Assembly (NCBI GenBank): GCA_035389045.1
Contig: DAOORA010000014.1
Span: 1 to 64,000 of the forward strand
DNA: 64,000 nt
Origin: Bacteroidales bacterium
Lineage (GTDB): Bacteria > Bacteroidota > Bacteroidia > Bacteroidales > CAIWKO01
Direction: 5' to 3'
Of the stretch, positions 8,679 through 20,300 are shown piece after piece. How positions within the stretch are numbered: position 1 is the first letter of the stretch; the number at the start of each line of letters is the position of its first letter. Below the pieces are notes generated by a model. The model saw only the letters and a program-made list of their open reading frames with translations. It made no database searches and was not told where the DNA came from. Position numbers and translations under genes: made by a program.

Positions 8679-8813
8679 AGTACCTGATCACTTAAAAGCC
8701 TTATTAACAGTTATCTAAAAATTTAAAAATGCCACAATCACATAAAAAAATGATTAATAAAAAATTTAATATTTTTACATTGTTATTAATTATATAATAT
8801 CCGGATATCCGGC

Positions 8814-9509
8814 TTATTTATCAAAAAAACTCTTGCTTTCGATCACGACGCAACCACCGGTAAAATCACCATATAAAGCCGGAACACCTCCTGTATATAT
8901 CGCAATACTGCCGATAGCGCCCGAAGGGATATGGGCTTTGCCATCCATGGATTTTACGCCATCCACAATGTATACAAAATTATCGCTACGCGCTCCACGA
9001 AAATAAAGCTCGCCCTGCTCATCCATATAGACATCCGAATTCAATTTACTGATAATTCCGGAAAGATCTCTTTTTCCGGCGATTTCTTTATATTCCGAAG
9101 GCCTTAATATGGTAATCGGGTCGGGACGGATCAGGGGATCCCTGTACTCGATTTTTTCGGCAATTTTACCACCGATGGTTATGCCCTCCATGCTGATAAA
9201 CAAATCATCCACAAATGATATCTTGCCCGGATTTACCTGGATATTATCAACGGTCACCGTCTTATAACCCATGTATGAAATTTTTATCGAATAGGTGCCT
9301 GCAGCAAGGGGTTTCAGCACATAATCCCCGTCAAGACCGGTCTGACAGCCTATGGCAGTATTACCGCCCATGACAACCACATTCGCACCGGGAAGGGTTT
9401 GTTTTGAGTCATTATCAAATAATTTGCCTTTGATGGTTCCTGTGTTTTGTCCTAAGACCTGTGCCATAAGGAACACGATACCCGCACATAAAAGAAATAG
9501 CTTTTTCAT
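8814..9509 (-). CDS. Carboxypeptidase-regulatory-like domain plus TonB plug-like domain protein (no barrel)
   Basis: GTIKGKLFD...LPGANV...GTYSIKISYMGY; RGARSD..VYIVDGVK...GGVPALYGD..GGCVVI plug motif at the C-terminus. Confidence 0.75.
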   Translation of the reverse strand: MKKLFLLCAGIVFLMAQVLGQNTGTIKGKLFDNDSKQTLPGANVVVMGGNTAIGCQTGLDGDYVLKPLAAGTYSIKISYMGYKTVTVDNIQVNPGKISFVDDLFISMEGITIGGKIAEKIEYRDPLIRPDPITILRPSEYKEIAGKRDLSGIISKLNSDVYMDEQGELYFRGARSDNFVYIVDGVKSMDGKAHIPSGAIGSIAIYTGGVPALYGDFTGGCVVIESKSFFDK

Positions 9510-9621
9510 CCTGTTTGTTTTTAATTTGGTTTATAAATAATGATATTTTATCCTGTTGTGTTAAATTACTATTTTAACACAGCGGACAGTCCCTGAATCA
9601 GTCAGGATGTTTCTGAACCAA

Positions 9622-9651
9622 GTTAACGGTATGAAAAATGAAGGTAACGGC
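9622..9651 (-). promoter_or_regulatory. Candidate LytTR-type direct repeat
   Basis: CCGTTA repeated at 21-bp period on the minus strand (GCCGTTACC-N12-ACCGTTAAC) upstream of the 8814-9509 gene. Confidence 0.4.
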
Positions 9652-9765
9652 TTTGCAAAAACAACTGCAGTTCTTTCCAAATCATTCAGGTTAAATTATC
9701 GTTAATCATAACAAGAATTCTTTTACTTCTCTACCTTTACATATTATTTTACAACAAGCAAGATT

Positions 9766-12700
9766 ATGAAAAAATATTTAGTACTCATCATTGTTTTGAA
9801 TTTGCCCTTATTCGCTTTCCCACAGGTTTACCTAGGCCAGGCAGCCCGCAAATTTATCAGCGGAAGTGAACTGGTACGCTATACGGCTAAAAGCAGCAAT
9901 CCGGAATACATCAGGTATCGCCCGGAGGCACAACCTTTGTTTTCTGAAATACATGCCTGGATGACCGAAACATTCAAAACATCTGCTGCTATGAGTTTTG
10001 TTTTGACCGGTACCGAAAAAGACGAAACGGGAAATATGCACTACCGTTACCGCCAGACCTATAAAGGGATTCCTATACACGAAGCTGTTTTTATTGTTCA
10101 TGTTTATGATGGTAAAATTCAATCGTTCAATGGAACTGTTTTCAGCAATATGGAGCTTAGTGATGCCTTTTCCCTTTCGCCCGAAACAGCGCTCGAAAAT
10201 GCCATGGCCTTTGTTAATGCCCAGGAATATAAATGGCAACGGGCACATGAAGAATCATGGCTCAAAAAGATAAGCGGGAATCCTGATGCCACTTTTTTTC
10301 CAGAGGCAAAAAAAGAAATAACATTTTGTGCACAGGACAGTTTATTTCATGCATGTTATAAGTTTGATATTTATGCATGTAAACCCCTCTCACGACAAAA
10401 TGTTTTTGTTGATGCAACCAGCGGGAAAATAATCAAAAGTCTTGAAACACTTCACAAAACAGATGTGACAGGCACTGCTGTGACCAAATACAGCGGTACC
10501 CGCGTGATCACCACCGATTCGGCATCGCCGGGCTCATTCCGGCTTCGCGAAACAGGCAGAGGCGATGGAATTTACACCTACAATATGCAACAGCAAACGG
10601 ATTATAACGCTGCAGTGGATTTCACGGATGCTGATAATTACTGGAATAATGTCAACCCGCTTTACGACGAAGCCGCTACTGATGCTCACTGGGGATCAGA
10701 AATGACGTATGATTATTTTATGATCAATCATGGCCGTAACAGTATCGACGGTAATGGTTTTGCCTTATACAGCTATGTCCACTATGATCAGGCCTATAAC
10801 AATGCTTTCTGGGACGGGCAGTGCATGACTTACGGCGATGGCGACGGAACCGATTATTTTCCGTTTACAGCCCTTGATATCTGCGGACATGAAATTACCC
10901 ATGGTCTTGACGAATTTACAGCTAATCTTGATTATTCAGATGAATCGGGTGCGCTGAATGAGGGGTTCAGCGATATTTTCGGCACAGCCATTGAATTCTA
11001 TGGTAAACCTTCGATGGCAAACTGGACCTGCGGAGAAGATATCGGCGTCGTTCTGCGCAACTTACAGAATCCTAATCTGACTGAGAATCCTGATACGTAT
11101 TTAGGATTACACTGGGATATATTCCAGGAAGTGCATCAGAACAGCACCGTGCTCAGCCATTGGTACTACCTGGTTTCGCAAGGGGGTAGCGGCACCAACG
11201 ATAATAATGATGCCTATTCCGTCACCGGCATAGGTATGGATAAAGCCTCAGATGTTTCTTACAGAATGCTGGCAACTTACCTGATCCCCACCTCAGATTA
11301 TATGGATGCCCGGTTTTATGCGATCGTTTCCGCATCTGATCTTTACGGATATTGTTCTTCAGAGGTAGCATCCGTGACCAATGCCATGTATGCCGTTGGC
11401 CTGGGGGATGCTTATCAGCCGGTACCGGACATAGATTTCACAGCGCTCAATACTGTTAGTTGCTCTGCACCTCATACGGTCTATTTTGAAAACCACACCA
11501 TTAATGCGAGTAACTTCCTGTGGAACTTCGGGGATGGCACTACCAGCACACTCATGAATCCCAGCCATACTTACAATGCGCCGGGAACATATGATGTCAG
11601 GCTCAGAGCATCCAGTACGGTTTGCGGAACTGATTCACTGGTACAAACAGGATTTGTCAGCATCGCAGCAAATAATTCAAACTATGCCGTGATACCGGAA
11701 CATGAAACCGGGCAAACACTTACCTGCTGTACCGGCACCTTGTTTGACAGCGGCGAAACCGGTGACTATGCCAATAATACCGACGGCATGATCACCATAG
11801 CTCCAGCCGGGGCGTCGAGCGTCGTCCTTGAATTTTCATCCTTTTCTTTTGAATCAGGATACGATTATCTGTATATTTATGACGGGCCGGGCATAAACTC
11901 CCCTCTGATCGGGCAGTATGATGGCAATACGCTGCCTAACGGAGGCACCATACAATCCACTTACGGCACCGTTACGCTGAGGCAGACTACGGACGTGGGA
12001 TTAACGGAACCCGGATTTGAACTGACCTGGCATTGCAATCTGCCCACTGCACCGCCCATACCGAATTTCAGCGCCTCGGAAGTTAAGACCTGCACGGGAG
12101 TGATACATTTTTATGACATGAGTTTCAACGGCCCCCTAAGCTGGCATTGGGATTTTGGGGACGGAGACACATCAAATCTTCAGAACCCTGTTCATGCTTA
12201 CCAGGCTAACGGAACCTACACGGTTTCGCTGACCACGGGAAATAACTTTGGCGACAGCACAAAAATCGTCACCGGTTATATTGTAGTTCAAAATCTGCCT
12301 GTTGCCCCTTCGGTCAATCCGGGCTACGTCTGTGATTCAGGCATTGTAACCCTTACAGCCTCAGGCAGCGGGCAACTCAACTGGTACCCAACCCAAACAG
12401 GCGATTCGGTGCTGCATAGCGGAAGCACTTTTATCACCCCATTTCTTGACACAACGACCACTTTTTATGTTGAACAAGCTGATATTACGCCACTTGAGTA
12501 TGTTGGAAAATTTGAAAAATCAGCCGATGCCACCCTGCATAACAACAATAACTATTATCTGATTTTTGATTGTTACACACCGGTAATCCTGAAATCTGTT
12601 AAAGTTTATGCCGGTGATAGTAAAGACAGAATCATCCAGTTACGGGACAGCACTGGTAATGTGTTACAGTCACTGACCACCAGTGTTCCGGCAAATGAGA

Positions 12701-13221
12701 GCAGGGTCATACTGAATTTCAATGTTCCTGCCGGAAATAATCTGAAACTCACCTGTGGCACAGAGGATCCCAATTTGTACCGGGATCAAAGCAATATCAA
12801 CTTCCCGTATACACTGCCGGGGAAAATTTCCATAACGGGGACCAATGCTCCCAGCCTTCGATATTATTATTTTTACGACTGGGAAGTTCAGGTGCGGCCC
12901 TGCATCAGCCCCAGAGTTCCGGTTGAGGCAAGCGTTGTTGATTGCAGTGGTATCGTAGATCAGGAAGCTGCCACATCCTTTACGGTATACCCCAATCCGG
13001 CTGAAAATGAATTTTTTCTTGAATTTACCAGCAGGGGAAAGGAAGAATATCTTCTTACCGTGTATGACCTCATAGGTAAAAATCTTCTTAACCAAAGAAT
13101 TTCTGCAAAAAAAGGTTTAAATATACACCAGGTTGATTGCAGTATATTTGAAAGCGGTTTATACATTATTGATTTCAGGGGCAATTCGTCAAATCAGCAG
13201 CAAAAAATTATTATCCGTTAA
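9766..13221 (+). CDS. M4 (thermolysin-family) metallopeptidase with PKD and CUB domains and T9SS sorting tail
   Basis: FTP/PepSY propeptide, NNAFWDG, HEITH, GALNEGFSD, EVHQNS; WNFGDG/WDFGDG PKD motifs; FESGYDYLYIYDG CUB; YPNP tail. Confidence 0.93.
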   Translation: MKKYLVLIIVLNLPLFAFPQVYLGQAARKFISGSELVRYTAKSSNPEYIRYRPEAQPLFSEIHAWMTETFKTSAAMSFVLTGTEKDETGNMHYRYRQTYKGIPIHEAVFIVHVYDGKIQSFNGTVFSNMELSDAFSLSPETALENAMAFVNAQEYKWQRAHEESWLKKISGNPDATFFPEAKKEITFCAQDSLFHACYKFDIYACKPLSRQNVFVDATSGKIIKSLETLHKTDVTGTAVTKYSGTRVITTDSASPGSFRLRETGRGDGIYTYNMQQQTDYNAAVDFTDADNYWNNVNPLYDEAATDAHWGSEMTYDYFMINHGRNSIDGNGFALYSYVHYDQAYNNAFWDGQCMTYGDGDGTDYFPFTALDICGHEITHGLDEFTANLDYSDESGALNEGFSDIFGTAIEFYGKPSMANWTCGEDIGVVLRNLQNPNLTENPDTYLGLHWDIFQEVHQNSTVLSHWYYLVSQGGSGTNDNNDAYSVTGIGMDKASDVSYRMLATYLIPTSDYMDARFYAIVSASDLYGYCSSEVASVTNAMYAVGLGDAYQPVPDIDFTALNTVSCSAPHTVYFENHTINASNFLWNFGDGTTSTLMNPSHTYNAPGTYDVRLRASSTVCGTDSLVQTGFVSIAANNSNYAVIPEHETGQTLTCCTGTLFDSGETGDYANNTDGMITIAPAGASSVVLEFSSFSFESGYDYLYIYDGPGINSPLIGQYDGNTLPNGGTIQSTYGTVTLRQTTDVGLTEPGFELTWHCNLPTAPPIPNFSASEVKTCTGVIHFYDMSFNGPLSWHWDFGDGDTSNLQNPVHAYQANGTYTVSLTTGNNFGDSTKIVTGYIVVQNLPVAPSVNPGYVCDSGIVTLTASGSGQLNWYPTQTGDSVLHSGSTFITPFLDTTTTFYVEQADITPLEYVGKFEKSADATLHNNNNYYLIFDCYTPVILKSVKVYAGDSKDRIIQLRDSTGNVLQSLTTSVPANESRVILNFNVPAGNNLKLTCGTEDPNLYRDQSNINFPYTLPGKISITGTNAPSLRYYYFYDWEVQVRPCISPRVPVEASVVDCSGIVDQEAATSFTVYPNPAENEFFLEFTSRGKEEYLLTVYDLIGKNLLNQRISAKKGLNIHQVDCSIFESGLYIIDFRGNSSNQQQKIIIR

Positions 13222-13341
13222 ATCGCCAGCCCCGGCATTATACCCGGAAATATGAGATTGTAACGCTGGCAAGAGAAAACATGCCCTGTGATAGTATTTT
13301 TATTAATAAGATTTACATAACTTAGCAGATATTTTTCCTTT

Positions 13342-14589
13342 ATGGATTATGATGTCATCGTTGTCGGAGGGGGCGCATCAGGGTTGATATGCGCCGGCAC
13401 AGCCGCCAGCCGCGGGTTGTCGGTGCTGCTGCTCGAAAAAATGCATATGCCAGCCCGAAAATTGCGCATCAGCGGCAAAGGGAGGTGTAACATCACCAAT
13501 ATTGCCCCGAAACACGATTTTATGCAACACATCGGGCCGGACAGCCGTTTTCTGTATAATGCTTTCGGTACATTTTTTTCGGAAGAACTGTTAAACTTAT
13601 TTGACAGCATCGGGATAAAAACAGTTACAGAACAAGGAGGACGGGTATTTCCGGAAAGCGGAAAAGCCACAGAGGTGGTAGATGCCCTGCTATCCTGGAC
13701 ACAAAAAAACGGAGTTCACCTGAGATGCAATACCATCGCGCAAGATATAGTAGTCGAAAATGGTAAAGTTACAGGTATCGTCACAACAGCCCGTGAGAGA
13801 ATTGTTTCTAATTCGGTTGTAATAGCAACAGGAGGTTTGTCATACCCTGCCACAGGTTCTACCGGTGATGGCTACCGCATTGCCAGGAAGGCAGGGCATA
13901 CCGTTCACCCGTTACGCCCCATGCTGGTACCACTGCTGTCGAACGACACCTTTATAAAATACCTGGACGGCCTGCACCTTAAAAACATATCTGTCAGCGT
14001 ATTCATTGATGGCATCCGGAAGCATGACCTATTCGGAGAGCTGGAATTCATGGAAAATGCGCTGACAGGCCCGGTAATTCTGTCACTCAGCAGAAAAATC
14101 ATTGATGAAGTGCAGGCAAAGAAAAAAATTGTTTTCCACCTCGATCTCAAGCCCGCCCTCGACCATGCCAAACTTGATGCGCGCCTGCTCCGGGACTTGA
14201 ACAATATGGGGAAAGAAAGTTTTTACGTGTTGCTCCGCGGATTACTTCCTTCACAACTCATACCTGTATTTGCGGGACTTCTGCAAATCAGCAATGAAAA
14301 AAAATGCAGTCAGATCACTGCTGAGCAACGAAAAAAAATTGCCGGACTGCTCAGGGATTTTCCTATAAATATCAACGGGCACAGAGATTACAACGAGGCT
14401 ATCATCACAGGTGGCGGCGTATCCCTCAGGGAGATACATCCCGGGACGATGGAATCCAAGCTCATCAAGAATCTGTATTTTACAGGTGAGATACTTGACC
14501 TTGATGCCGATACCGGAGGCTACAACCTCCAGATCGCATTTTCGACAGGCTATCTGGCTGGCATTTCGGTACAAAAACCTATCCAATGA
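13342..14589 (+). CDS. HI0933/YhiN-family flavoprotein (NAD(P)/FAD-dependent oxidoreductase)
   Basis: GGGASG, KLRISGKGRCNITN, GRVFP, ATGGLSYPATGSTGDG, GEILDLDADTGGYNLQIAFSTG. Confidence 0.93.
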   Translation: MDYDVIVVGGGASGLICAGTAASRGLSVLLLEKMHMPARKLRISGKGRCNITNIAPKHDFMQHIGPDSRFLYNAFGTFFSEELLNLFDSIGIKTVTEQGGRVFPESGKATEVVDALLSWTQKNGVHLRCNTIAQDIVVENGKVTGIVTTARERIVSNSVVIATGGLSYPATGSTGDGYRIARKAGHTVHPLRPMLVPLLSNDTFIKYLDGLHLKNISVSVFIDGIRKHDLFGELEFMENALTGPVILSLSRKIIDEVQAKKKIVFHLDLKPALDHAKLDARLLRDLNNMGKESFYVLLRGLLPSQLIPVFAGLLQISNEKKCSQITAEQRKKIAGLLRDFPININGHRDYNEAIITGGGVSLREIHPGTMESKLIKNLYFTGEILDLDADTGGYNLQIAFSTGYLAGISVQKPIQ

Positions 14590-15872
14590 AACATATCATC
14601 ATTTTGATTATTTTTTGCCTGAAAACTGCCACCATTACAGCACAGACTGTCAACTACAATTACCTCCCGGTAAAGGTAAACGGCAAATACGGATTTATTG
14701 ACACTGCTGGAAAATACCTGCTCAGGCCGGATTTTGATTATCTGGGATATCTTGTGGAAGGACGTGCCAGGGTAAGTGTTGGCGGGAAGCCTGACGACCT
14801 GGGTTTCATGGAAGGCGGCAAATGGACTTTTATCGATTCCTCAGGAAATCCCATTACAGAGCCGGTTTATGATGCTGTCAGCGACTTTTCGGAAGGCAGG
14901 GCAAGGGTTATGAAGAAAAGTCTTTATGGATTTATTGACGGTGATGGAAAAGAAATCATTCCCTGCCAATACGCTGATGTTACCGATTTTCATAACGGAT
15001 ATGCTCAGTTTGAAGACAACGGGCTCTGGGGCAGCATGGACCCTGATGGCAATATAGTGATCGCTCCGCGTTTTAACAATCCATACCGGTTTGATGAGGA
15101 CAGGGCCGCTGTAGGGTATTTCTTTAACAAAGGCTATATTAATCCGCTGGGTCGTTATATCACAGATTCCAATTTTTTTGAAGCCCGAAATATGAATGGA
15201 GGACTTGGCATCGTGGTCAGTGCGGATTCGGGCCTTTATGGCATGGTTGATGCCTTCGGCTCCTTTGTTATTCCCTGCAGATACGGGTATATCAGCGGAT
15301 TCAGCGAAGGGTTGAGCGCTGTTAATATTGGCGGAACGTTTTCCCGCGGTCGTAATGAAGTTACCGGAGGCTGCTGGGGATTCATTGATAAAAACAATAC
15401 AATAGTGATATCTGCTGTATACGAAAATGCAGGCAGTTTTTCGGAGGGGTTGTGCCCGGTCAGGAAAAAGGGCAAGTGGGGTTACATTGATAAGGATGGT
15501 AATACCGTGATTCCCGCCCGGTTTCCTGTGGCATTTCTGTTTTCATCAGGCCTGGCAAGAATTATTAAATCCGGTAAATACGGATTTATCGACCGCAGCG
15601 GAAAAATCAGGATAAGCGTACAATATGATGATGCTTCGGATTTTATTGACGGGTCTGCCATTGTGAACATGGGCAGAAAAACAAATAAATATGCACCCGA
15701 ACCCGGCATGTGCGGTAAATACGGAGTGATCAACAGATATGGCCACTTTATTATTCCTCCTGAGTTTGACGGTATAACACGCGAAGGCAAAAAAGTTTTC
15801 AGAGTGATTAAGGGAAACGGATGGGGGTATTACAACACCAAGGGTGAATGTATTTTTGTAATCACAGAATAA
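14586..15872 (+). CDS. WG-repeat (WG beta-repeat) secreted protein
   Basis: Repeated KYGFID/KWGYID...FSEG units; signal peptide. Confidence 0.9.
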   Translation: MKHIIILIIFCLKTATITAQTVNYNYLPVKVNGKYGFIDTAGKYLLRPDFDYLGYLVEGRARVSVGGKPDDLGFMEGGKWTFIDSSGNPITEPVYDAVSDFSEGRARVMKKSLYGFIDGDGKEIIPCQYADVTDFHNGYAQFEDNGLWGSMDPDGNIVIAPRFNNPYRFDEDRAAVGYFFNKGYINPLGRYITDSNFFEARNMNGGLGIVVSADSGLYGMVDAFGSFVIPCRYGYISGFSEGLSAVNIGGTFSRGRNEVTGGCWGFIDKNNTIVISAVYENAGSFSEGLCPVRKKGKWGYIDKDGNTVIPARFPVAFLFSSGLARIIKSGKYGFIDRSGKIRISVQYDDASDFIDGSAIVNMGRKTNKYAPEPGMCGKYGVINRYGHFIIPPEFDGITREGKKVFRVIKGNGWGYYNTKGECIFVITE

Positions 15873-15891
15873 TCCTTAAGGCCTGACAAAC

Positions 15892-15917
15892 AAAAAACCC
15901 CACATGTGCGGGGTTTT
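15892..15917. terminator. Bidirectional terminator between convergent genes
   Basis: AAAAAACCCCAC-AT-GTGCGGGGTTTT. Confidence 0.7.
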
Positions 15918-15921
15918 AAGT

Positions 15922-16293
15922 TTATTTAGCTGACTGGCTTTTCTTTTTCTCTTTGATACGGGCTTTCTTTCCTGTAAGGTCTCTCAGGTAGAAGATACGC
16001 GCTCTGCGAACCATACCACGTTTGTTTACCTCGATCTGGTCGATAAAGGGAGACATAATGGGAAAGATTCTTTCCACACCCACATTACCGGACATTTTTC
16101 TCACGGTAAACATTTCTTTAGAACCATCGCCTGAGCGCTGTATGACAACACCCTGAAACTGCTGGATACGTTCCTTGTTTCCTTCTTTGATCTTATAACT
16201 GACTGTAATGGTATCACCGGCTTTAAATGAAGGATATTCAATTTTTTTATTAAACTGATCTTCAACAAAATTCATTATCTCCGTCTGGTTCAT
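15922..16293 (-). CDS. rplS: 50S ribosomal protein L19
   Basis: [40 protein letters not shown]; start set at MNQTE. Confidence 0.97.
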   Translation of the reverse strand: MNQTEIMNFVEDQFNKKIEYPSFKAGDTITVSYKIKEGNKERIQQFQGVVIQRSGDGSKEMFTVRKMSGNVGVERIFPIMSPFIDQIEVNKRGMVRRARIFYLRDLTGKKARIKEKKKSQSAK

Positions 16294-16454
16294 CGCTGTA
16301 TTTTTTTTGAAATTGGAGTGCAAAGATATTATTTATTTTTTAATAACGGTAAATTAAAGATCAATTTTTTTATTACTTCGTAAGAATTCTGCAATAATCA
16401 TATGCATACATTATTAATAAGTATTCCTTAAAGGCCTGTATCGGGTTAAGTATT

Positions 16455-17141
16455 TTACTCACTATCAGGCCCTAATAAGCGCGGTCTCCTTTTTTTTGTC
16501 CGTTCTACGGATTGCTCATAACGCCATTTTGCAATTTCCGCGTCGTTACCTGATAACAAAACCGGCGGAACTTTCATTCCCTGAAAATCAGCGGGTCTGG
16601 TATATACAGGTGGAGCAAGCAGGCCATCCTGGAAGGAGTCGGACAAAGCTGAGGTTTCATCTCCCAATACCCCGGGTATAAGCCGTATTATACTATCGCA
16701 GATGATTGCTGCAGCCAGTTCGCCACCCGACAGCACATAATCTCCAACAGAGATTTCCTTTGTAATATATTTTTCCCTTATACGTTCATCTATTCCTTTG
16801 AAGTGGCCACATAAAATAATTATATTACCCCTGGTGGATAAATGATTAGCCATCGGCTGATCCAGCAATTCCCCGTCGGGAGAAGTGTAAATAACTTCGT
16901 CGTAATTCCGTTCCGACTTTAATTTCCCGATGCAAGATGCTATGGGTTCAATCATCATCACCATACCTGCACCGCCACCATATGGATAATCGTCCACACT
17001 TTTATATTTATTCTTTGTATAATCGCGTAGTTGTTGCAGATGTATCTCCGCAAGCCCTTTTTCTTTAGCTCTTTTGATAATGGAATAATTGAAAGGGCTA
17101 TCGAATATTTCCGGAAAAATGGTGATGATATCAATTCTCAT
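16455..17141 (-). CDS. trmD: tRNA (guanine37-N1)-methyltransferase
   Basis: [39 protein letters not shown]; adjacent to rplS. Confidence 0.97.
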   Translation of the reverse strand: MRIDIITIFPEIFDSPFNYSIIKRAKEKGLAEIHLQQLRDYTKNKYKSVDDYPYGGGAGMVMMIEPIASCIGKLKSERNYDEVIYTSPDGELLDQPMANHLSTRGNIIILCGHFKGIDERIREKYITKEISVGDYVLSGGELAAAIICDSIIRLIPGVLGDETSALSDSFQDGLLAPPVYTRPADFQGMKVPPVLLSGNDAEIAKWRYEQSVERTKKRRPRLLGPDSE

Positions 17142-17353
17142 TGTTATTTTTTTAAAATAAATTTATCTTAAATCATTGGTTAACAATGAATAATACTGCC
17201 ATTATCGTATACATACCTTTCAGAAATATTCAAACACTTTTTATAAAAAATTCATCTGAACTAAAATGTAATTATAGTTAAATAACACATACTGTTTTTG
17301 TTCATCAGTAAAAAACAGGCGTTAATTATTTATATATCAATTTTTTACGAATA

Positions 17354-20300
17354 TTAATTGTTATTCTTTAAAAGTTCCTCCAACTCTTCGAGGGTAATTC
17401 GTGAATTCTTATAAAAGGGCACAATAAATGCCTCGTGAAAACCTTTTTCTTTCATTTGCAGCCGAATTTGTTCGGCCTCTTCAATCAGGTTGGTTTCACC
17501 CCAGGTATATTTGTACAAACCTTTCTGCTTGTATTTATAAACATTCTGCAGGCCTTTAAAAAGCGGGTCAGTGGCCGGAAGGTCCGTGCCAGAGGTCATT
17601 ATTTGTACGCGATATATCAGATTATCTAACGGTTTCGCTTTGTCTTCAATAGTTTTGTAAATTTTATCACTGGGTTGGGCAGAAAAGCTCTGTTTCTTTA
17701 AAGGTTCATTATTGCCTTTTTTCCATTCAGTGCCGGGTTTGGGATCTACGAGGATGTCAGAACCTTTGTCACTTTTTATAGAGACATTACCCATACCGTC
17801 AATGAAGCCGATAATCCGGAATTCGGTGCGCCGGTTCATCTGATGGTCTTCTTCTGTACATTGAGATTCCCGCGTACCTTCACAGGGACAGTTGACAAGC
17901 ATCTGATATTCGCCATAACCCTTTCCGGTGATACGTTTGGGATCGATACCCTTGCTGACAATATAGGCCACACTTGATTTTGCACGGTTTTTTGACAACA
18001 CTTCATTATAGGCATAGGTGTTGCGGCAGTCGGTATGAGAACCCAGTTCTATGACGATAGACGGATTCTCATTCATGATCTTCACAATTTTATCCAATTC
18101 TATAGCAGCATCAGGCCTTATATAATATTTATCAAAGTCAAAATAAATATTATTTATCTGAATGACTTTAGCGAGATCAGTACCTACTTCCAACCTTCCT
18201 ATAGGTTCCCGAATAACAATTTCGCCTGGTTTTTTGATTAAATACCTGTATTTAAAATATTTAGCCAGATATGTTTCTTTACTGATCACCATATTATATA
18301 CTAGGCTGTCGTTGATGGTTTTATGCTCAAGGGGTATAAACAGCTCTCCGTTTTTATCAGTCATCAGTATTTCTATCTTCCCGGATTGCATATCTTTCAT
18401 TTCAATCTTCACATCCTTCAGTATCTCGTTGGTATTGGCATCAAAAATCAGTATTTTCAAAGAAACAGGAACTGATTGCTCCAGCAGAAGGTTGGCAGTA
18501 AACTCTCTGGTGTTGCCGGCATTGTATGTAGAAACAGTGTTATTTCCTTCGGTGTAGCTCTTTTTACGGGCTGATAAATAATACTTTCTGTCATAATCAG
18601 CACTGAATGAAAATGCAGCTTTATCATCAGCGGAAGCCCGGTCGATAGTATCCATTTTTTCGTCCATCAGGAATACATCTGCACCGGGAATAATTTCTTT
18701 GGTCTGTTTGTTTAATACCAGGCCGCGAATCAACAGCTTGCCAAGATTTTCTTTTATTAATATTTCGCCGGGTTTCGTGATGTGATACCTGAAATCAAGG
18801 TTTTTATCTAAATATCCCTGCTTAGCAAATTCTATTTCATAGTGCAGACTGTCATTATTTTTTTTATCCGGCAGGTTCTTAACAATATCTCCGTTTTCGT
18901 CTGTAATCAGATTTACAGTATCACCGGATAAAACATCTTTTACGATAACACGAACCTCATTCAGTGGCATATATGTTTGTGCATCATCAACATGTATCTT
19001 CAGTGAAACGTCAAAAATCCGTTCGGGGAAAAGATCAACAACAACTTCTTTTTTTTCGCCGATGTTGTAGGTGGAAGCCTTATCGGTTGCGTCAGTGTAG
19101 GAGTCTTTGGATGCCTTTAAGAAATAATTCCTGTTATAAGAAGCCGGAAAACAATAAGCACCATTGGTGTCTGCAACGGTTTCCTCGATTATCTCCATTT
19201 TATCATTCAACAAATAAACTTTTGCACCGGGCAATATTTCACGGGTATGCTTGTCATAAGCAATTCCTTTGATCACGACCGGGTGAATGGTAAGCCGGTA
19301 AATATCGAGGTTGCCAAAGCCGGGTGTTCCATAGCTGTCAATAACCCTGACGGATGCAAAATATGCTGTTAAGGAATCCACCGGTGTATAAAAAAGATCA
19401 TCATCGGTAGTATTTATGGGATACCCGATATTTACAGGCTCCGACCAGGTAGAATCATTTTTAAGCCTGCTGTAAAAAATATCATAACCACCCATAGTCT
19501 TATGTCCCTGAGAACAGAAATACAGTACATTATCGTACAAAAGAAAAGGCCCGTCATCATTAAATTCTGTGTTTATGACGTTGCCCAGGTTTATAGCTTC
19601 ACCCCATTTGCCATTTGCATTTTTTTCGGACTTGTAAATATCCAACCCGCCATAACCACCTTTGCGGTCGCTGGTAAAATAAATGGTATTTCCATCCGAA
19701 GACAGACTGGCATGTGTTTCCCATGCTTTGCTATTGATCGGATTGCCGAGTTTTACAGGTTTTTGCCATTCATGTTCAGAGTGATTGCTGACATATACAT
19801 TACCATCACCTCCGTCATCTTTATAAATAAATAACTGCTTTTTGTCAGAAGATAAACTGATAGACGCCTCATGATCCTGCGTATTAACAGTTTTAATGTT
19901 TATGGCTTCGGTCCATTTTGTAATCTCGCTTTTTTTTGACATGTAGATATCTTCAAAATAATAACCGTTATCTTCCACCATATCTCCCACATTCTCATCA
20001 CGGCGGGCGGTAAACAACAGTGTGTTGCCATCCAGTACTATGGCAGGGGCATATTCCGGGAAGCGGGTATTTACATGTTTGCCCAGATTTTCAACTGTGA
20101 TAGGAATTGGATCTTTTATCAATTCCTTTGCCACCCGGGCCATAGCAATCTGGCGATCAGCATTCTTAAATTTAATTTTCTCCGATTCATCATTGGGGTT
20201 AAGTAATGTTTTGTATTGTTCGGTTGCTGCAACAGCTTTTTCCAGGTCATAGTTAATAAGGTATGCCGTACCCAAATAAAAATATGCATCAGCAGGCGCT

